Part shown: positions 60,091 through 64,000 of the stretch, piece after piece
Numbering within the stretch: the first letter of the stretch is position 1
Layout of the letters: each line of letters opens with the position of its first letter
Source of the DNA: Bacteroidota bacterium
Lineage (GTDB): Bacteria; Bacteroidota; Bacteroidia; AKYH767-A; JAHEYN01
Direction: 5' to 3'
Assembly (NCBI GenBank): GCA_023251555.1
Contig: JAHEYN010000008.1
Coordinates: 11,535-75,534, forward strand
DNA: 64,000 nucleotides
Made by a program: the position numbers and the translations under genes
Notes under the pieces: model-generated
What the model was told of the DNA's origin: nothing
The model's database searches: none
The model's input: only the letters and a program-made list of their open reading frames with translations

Positions 60091-60786
60091 ATGAAACACC
60101 TGATTATCATCCAGGCCAGGATGGGCTCGAGCAGGTTACCCGGCAAGTCCCTCAGTCTTCTTAAAGGGAAACCTTCCCTCCTTCATCTTTCCGAATCACT
60201 GCTTCAGGCTTTTCAAAAAGAAAGTATCCTGGTTGCAACCACGGAAAAAAGCAAGGATGACCCGATCTGCCTGCTTTGTGAAAATGCCGGGTTGCAATAC
60301 TACCGGGGGGACGAAGAACATGTGGCACTCCGCTTTTACGCGGCATTGAATATCTACAAGCCTGTTTTTTTTGTAAGACTTAACGGCGACAGCCCCTTGT
60401 TCGACTACCGGATCCTGCGCGGGGCCATCGACAATAACTCTAACTCAGATATCATCACAACGGTAAGTGATAAACCCTATCCTTCAGGAATGAATTTCGA
60501 GATAATAAGAACTTCCGTATTTCTCAATGCTTATCCCCGCTTCAGCACCCAGCCCCAAAGGGAACACGTAACAAAATTCTTTTATGAACACCCGGGGAAT
60601 CTGAAATTTACCAGGCTCGTCTCTCCCGTTGAAAACTCCAGCCGGTATAAGTTCACCATTGATACCCGGGAAGATTTGCTGCGCATAACAAAAATATTTG
60701 AAGCCATGGACAAGCCTCACTATTGTTATTCTTTGCAGGAAAAATGTGAACTTTATAAAAAATTATTCCCGGATAAAAATGCTTAA
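60091..60786 (+). CDS. SpsF-like cytidylyltransferase
   Basis: IIQARMGSSRLPGK, RLNGDSP, REHVT, TIDTRED. Confidence 0.88.
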   Translation: MKHLIIIQARMGSSRLPGKSLSLLKGKPSLLHLSESLLQAFQKESILVATTEKSKDDPICLLCENAGLQYYRGDEEHVALRFYAALNIYKPVFFVRLNGDSPLFDYRILRGAIDNNSNSDIITTVSDKPYPSGMNFEIIRTSVFLNAYPRFSTQPQREHVTKFFYEHPGNLKFTRLVSPVENSSRYKFTIDTREDLLRITKIFEAMDKPHYCYSLQEKCELYKKLFPDKNA

Positions 60787-61777
60787 AGCAGGTATCATAG
60801 GCCTTGGAGTGGGAGAAGCACACATTGCAGGGTATCATTCACACCCGGATTGCAAAGTAGTTGCCCTCTGTGATTTCAATGAAGATGTTCTTAAACAGAT
60901 GGGCAGGAAATACCCCGGCATGAAAGTCACACCTCATCCTGACGAGATACTTGAAGATCCTTCTATAAATGTGGTTTCAATTGCTTCATATGATAATTTT
61001 CATCATGAACAGATTATCAAAGCCATACAGCACGGGAAACACATCTTTGTCGAAAAACCAATATGCATCTATGAAGAAGAAGCCGTTGATATACGGAAAC
61101 ACCTGCAAAAGCATCCCGGAATAAAAATATCATCTAACCTCATTCTGAGGAAATCTCCCAGGTTTAAACTACTTAAATCCATGATTGATGAAGGAAAATT
61201 CGGGAACCTCTTTTACATGGAAGGAGATTATAATTACGGGAGAATTCACAAAATTGTCAGCGGGTGGAGGGGAAAGATCGATTTTTATTCGGGAGTTTAC
61301 GGAGGCGGAGTTCATCTGGTAGACCTCTTCCTGTGGCTTAGCGGAGGCAGGGTTGAAGAAGTTTCGGCATACGGCAATAACATCGCTTCGGCCGGAACCG
61401 GGTTTAAATACAATGACCTGGTTGCAAGCATCCTCAGGTTCGAGAACGGGATGCTCGGAAAAATGGCCGTGAACCTGGGCTGTGTGTTCCCGCATTTCCA
61501 TCCCTTCTCAATATACGGAACCAAAGCCTCTTTTGTGAACGGGCTGAAACAGGGCCTGCTGTGGGAATCAAGAGATCCGGCCGTTGACCCTAAGCCCATA
61601 GAAGCAGCCTACCCCGGAATTCACAAAGGCGACCTGGTTCACAATTTCATTGAGGCAATCATCCACAATACGGAACCGGAAGTGGGTGTTGATGACCTTT
61701 TCAGGTGCATGTCAGTATGCTTTGCTATCGAAAAGGCAAGCCGGACGGAAAAAGCAGTTAAGGTTACCTATATATGA
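60779..61777 (+). CDS. Gfo/Idh/MocA family oxidoreductase
   Basis: GIIGLGVG, KHIFVEKP, GGVHLVD. Confidence 0.9.
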   Translation: MLKAGIIGLGVGEAHIAGYHSHPDCKVVALCDFNEDVLKQMGRKYPGMKVTPHPDEILEDPSINVVSIASYDNFHHEQIIKAIQHGKHIFVEKPICIYEEEAVDIRKHLQKHPGIKISSNLILRKSPRFKLLKSMIDEGKFGNLFYMEGDYNYGRIHKIVSGWRGKIDFYSGVYGGGVHLVDLFLWLSGGRVEEVSAYGNNIASAGTGFKYNDLVASILRFENGMLGKMAVNLGCVFPHFHPFSIYGTKASFVNGLKQGLLWESRDPAVDPKPIEAAYPGIHKGDLVHNFIEAIIHNTEPEVGVDDLFRCMSVCFAIEKASRTEKAVKVTYI

Positions 61778-61862
61778 GGTTTTAGATCCTTACTCATTTC
61801 CGGCAATCCAAACCGAATGCTAACTTTGCAGCAACTTTCCATCCACCTCAATAATCACATTT

Positions 61863-62558
61863 ATGGCAGAAAACAGATTCGCTGTAATCGGTCTCGGGCG
61901 TTTCGGGACTGCTATTGCCCAAACCCTCTCCCAGAGAGGTGCCGAAGTACTTGCAATTGATAGCAACGAGGAGCGCATAGAAGACATTAAAGACGAGGTC
62001 ACCCACGCCGTAACCCTTGACTCTACTGACCTCAAAGCCCTGAAATCCCAGAATATACAGGACATGGACGCCGTGGTTGTTTCCATAGGAGAAAACTTTG
62101 AAGCACTTCTCCTCACCACCGTACTCCTGATGGAACTTGATGTGAAGAGAATCATCGCACGCGCCAACGGGAAGCACCAGCTCATGATACTCGAAAGAAT
62201 GGGAATAAAAGAAATCCTCTCCCCCGAAAATGAAGTCGGCATTGCAGTGGCAGAACGCCTGCTCAACCCCAACATTATCACCTCCCTCCAGCTGCCGGAC
62301 AATTACGAGATTGTCGAGATAAAAACACCGAAGGAACTCATTAACAGGACCCTCGCCGAGATCGGACTCAGGAATAAATACAACCTTAACCTCATCACCC
62401 TGAAGCGCGCCTTTGAATCCGTCGTGGACGGAGAACGTATCATAGATAAACATATTCTGGGTGTGCCTTCCGCTGAAACGATTCTCTACGAAGCCGATAC
62501 CATTATCGTGTTCGGAAAAGCAAAAGACATTGAACGCTTCATTGAAATAAACAAATAG
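61863..62558 (+). CDS. trkA: TrkA/KtrA potassium uptake regulatory subunit
   Basis: GLGRFG RCK-N plus RCK-C domain; TAACTTTG box at 61821-61828. Confidence 0.9.
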   Translation: MAENRFAVIGLGRFGTAIAQTLSQRGAEVLAIDSNEERIEDIKDEVTHAVTLDSTDLKALKSQNIQDMDAVVVSIGENFEALLLTTVLLMELDVKRIIARANGKHQLMILERMGIKEILSPENEVGIAVAERLLNPNIITSLQLPDNYEIVEIKTPKELINRTLAEIGLRNKYNLNLITLKRAFESVVDGERIIDKHILGVPSAETILYEADTIIVFGKAKDIERFIEINK

Positions 62559-63280
62559 TGGATTTTGTTTTTATCACGGGGGCAAGCCGGGGTATCGGTA
62601 AAGCCCTTGCAGAGCATCTGCTCGAAAAAGATCAAACACAGGTTACGGGAATTTCCCGTAGTTGCAGCATCATCCATCCCCGCTATCATCACATTGCTGC
62701 AGACCTCAGCAACCCGGCTGCTGCTTCTGATTTTCACTTTCCTCCCCTGGAGCAGGCAAAAAAAATTGTACTCGTAAATAACGCCGGGGCAATCACCGGC
62801 ATCAGGCATGCCGGACAGATGCAGAACAGCGACATTGTAAATGATTTCCATGTTAATCTTGTAACCCCATGCCTGCTTATTAACAACTTCCTTTCAGCTT
62901 ATTCAAAAAATACGGAGGCGGAAAAAATAATTATAAACATTAGTTCAGGGGCTGCCTCAAAACCCGTTGACGGCTGGAGTATTTATTGCGCTTCCAAGGC
63001 CGGCCTTGAAATGTTCAGCCGTACAATTGAAACGGAATTTGCTTCCGGAAGACAAAAAAATTTCAGAATCTTCTCTGTAGCTCCCGGAATTGTCGATACC
63101 TCCATGCAGGATGGAATCCGGCAGGCACATCAAAACCAGTTCAGCAGACTCGATGAATTTATTGCATACAAGCGTGAAGGAAGGCTGAAAACTCCGGCTT
63201 CCATTGCCAAAAAACTTGGGGAAGTAATTGCTTCGCCGGATCGGTTTAAAGAAACACTTCTTTCATTCAGGGAAAATTAA
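62558..63280 (+). CDS. SDR oxidoreductase (benzil/sepiapterin reductase-like)
   Basis: TGASRGIG, NNAG, NISSGAA, YCASK, PGIVDTSMQ. Confidence 0.9.
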   Translation: MDFVFITGASRGIGKALAEHLLEKDQTQVTGISRSCSIIHPRYHHIAADLSNPAAASDFHFPPLEQAKKIVLVNNAGAITGIRHAGQMQNSDIVNDFHVNLVTPCLLINNFLSAYSKNTEAEKIIINISSGAASKPVDGWSIYCASKAGLEMFSRTIETEFASGRQKNFRIFSVAPGIVDTSMQDGIRQAHQNQFSRLDEFIAYKREGRLKTPASIAKKLGEVIASPDRFKETLLSFREN

Positions 63281-63345
63281 CCTCCCGGTACTTTTTTATC
63301 CACTCATCATAATGATTTCTATCTTTGATACAAATAACAGATCGT

Positions 63346-64000
63346 ATGAATAACCGTATCAGGCAGGCCTGCATCATAACTTTATCCGCTCTCTCACTCC
63401 AAATTTCCGCCCAGGTAACAGAACCCTGCCTCACTGAAATCATGTTCCGCGAAAAGGCTTCAAAAGATCCTTCCCTGCTGCTGAAACGTGACAGCATAGA
63501 AAAAAAGGCTCAGGACTATATTTCACAGCATAAAGATTTTAAAACATCCTCCTCTGTCCGTGTCGTCCCGGTAGTTTTTCACATCATTCATGAATGGGGG
63601 CCTGAGAATATTTCCAGTGATCAGGTAAAAGACCAGCTAAGAATTCTCAATGAAGATTACAGGCGTTTAAATGCAGATGCCTCCGGCACCCCGGCGCCTT
63701 TTCAATCCATAGCAGCAGATTGCAAGATCGAATTCCGCCTGGCTTCTGTTGATCCTAACGGTAATTGTACCGATGGGATTGTCCGGGTGTTTTCTTCTCT
63801 CACCAACGGTCCGGCCGACCGGGACGATGTCAAAGGACTCAGTTACTGGGACAGCAACAAATATCTCAATATATGGGTAGTTAAGTATATTGACCCCAAC
63901 GGGGCTTCAGGTACTGTTCTCGGCTATGCACAGTTTCCCGGCTTTGGAAGCCCGTCCACAGATGGTGTTGTCATGAGGGCCGACCAGGTCGGCACCACCG
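63346..64000 (+). CDS. M43 (pappalysin/ulilysin-like) zinc metalloprotease, 5' part; runs off the window and is absent from the ORF track
   Basis: MNNRIRQ signal, Cys-switch-like EPC, VPVVFHIIH, LNEDY, IEFRLASVDPNG, YLNIWVV, LGYAQFP, DGVVM. Confidence 0.85.
   Translation, partial: MNNRIRQACIITLSALSLQISAQVTEPCLTEIMFREKASKDPSLLLKRDSIEKKAQDYISQHKDFKTSSSVRVVPVVFHIIHEWGPENISSDQVKDQLRILNEDYRRLNADASGTPAPFQSIAADCKIEFRLASVDPNGNCTDGIVRVFSSLTNGPADRDDVKGLSYWDSNKYLNIWVVKYIDPNGASGTVLGYAQFPGFGSPSTDGVVMRADQVGTT

Noticed and set aside
61820-62453. Two minus-strand ORFs over trkA
   Set aside because: Shadow frames of a conserved gene
61863-62558. trkA without an adjacent TrkH/KtrB channel gene
   Set aside because: Unlinked partners are common and the channel may lie outside the window

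Overview
Gene-dense chromosomal window from a Bacteroidota bacterium. Evidence: many T9SS C-terminal-domain cargo genes, a PorV-like/C25 sortase-like pair, TAnnTTTG -7 promoter boxes, and no Shine-Dalgarno motifs. Most of the window is housekeeping and envelope genes: relA 3' end, fur, purA, tatC, lptB, purS, pssA, lnt, lpdA, hemH, pabB, can, dsbD, rluA, rdgB, trkA. No integrase, transposase, CRISPR array or rRNA is visible. The most unusual items are: (1) an uncharacterised 509-aa helical/TPR-like protein transcribed divergently from a T9SS cargo gene, with a twice-repeated AATACTA-N19-TAGTATT dyad between them, a candidate new regulator-operator-cargo system; (2) a tRNA-Cys hotspot where two full, separately promoted tRNA-Cys copies flank one divergent NMO/FabK/FabX-like flavoprotein gene with an Fnr-type box, plus an upstream MITE and an eroded att-like tRNA fragment; (3) a ~900-aa tandem D-Ala-D-Ala ligase whose halves have different active-site signatures; (4) a long hairpin leader before carbonic anhydrase; (5) modular, sequon-rich T9SS cargo. 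All family calls come from motif recognition only; no database search was run.
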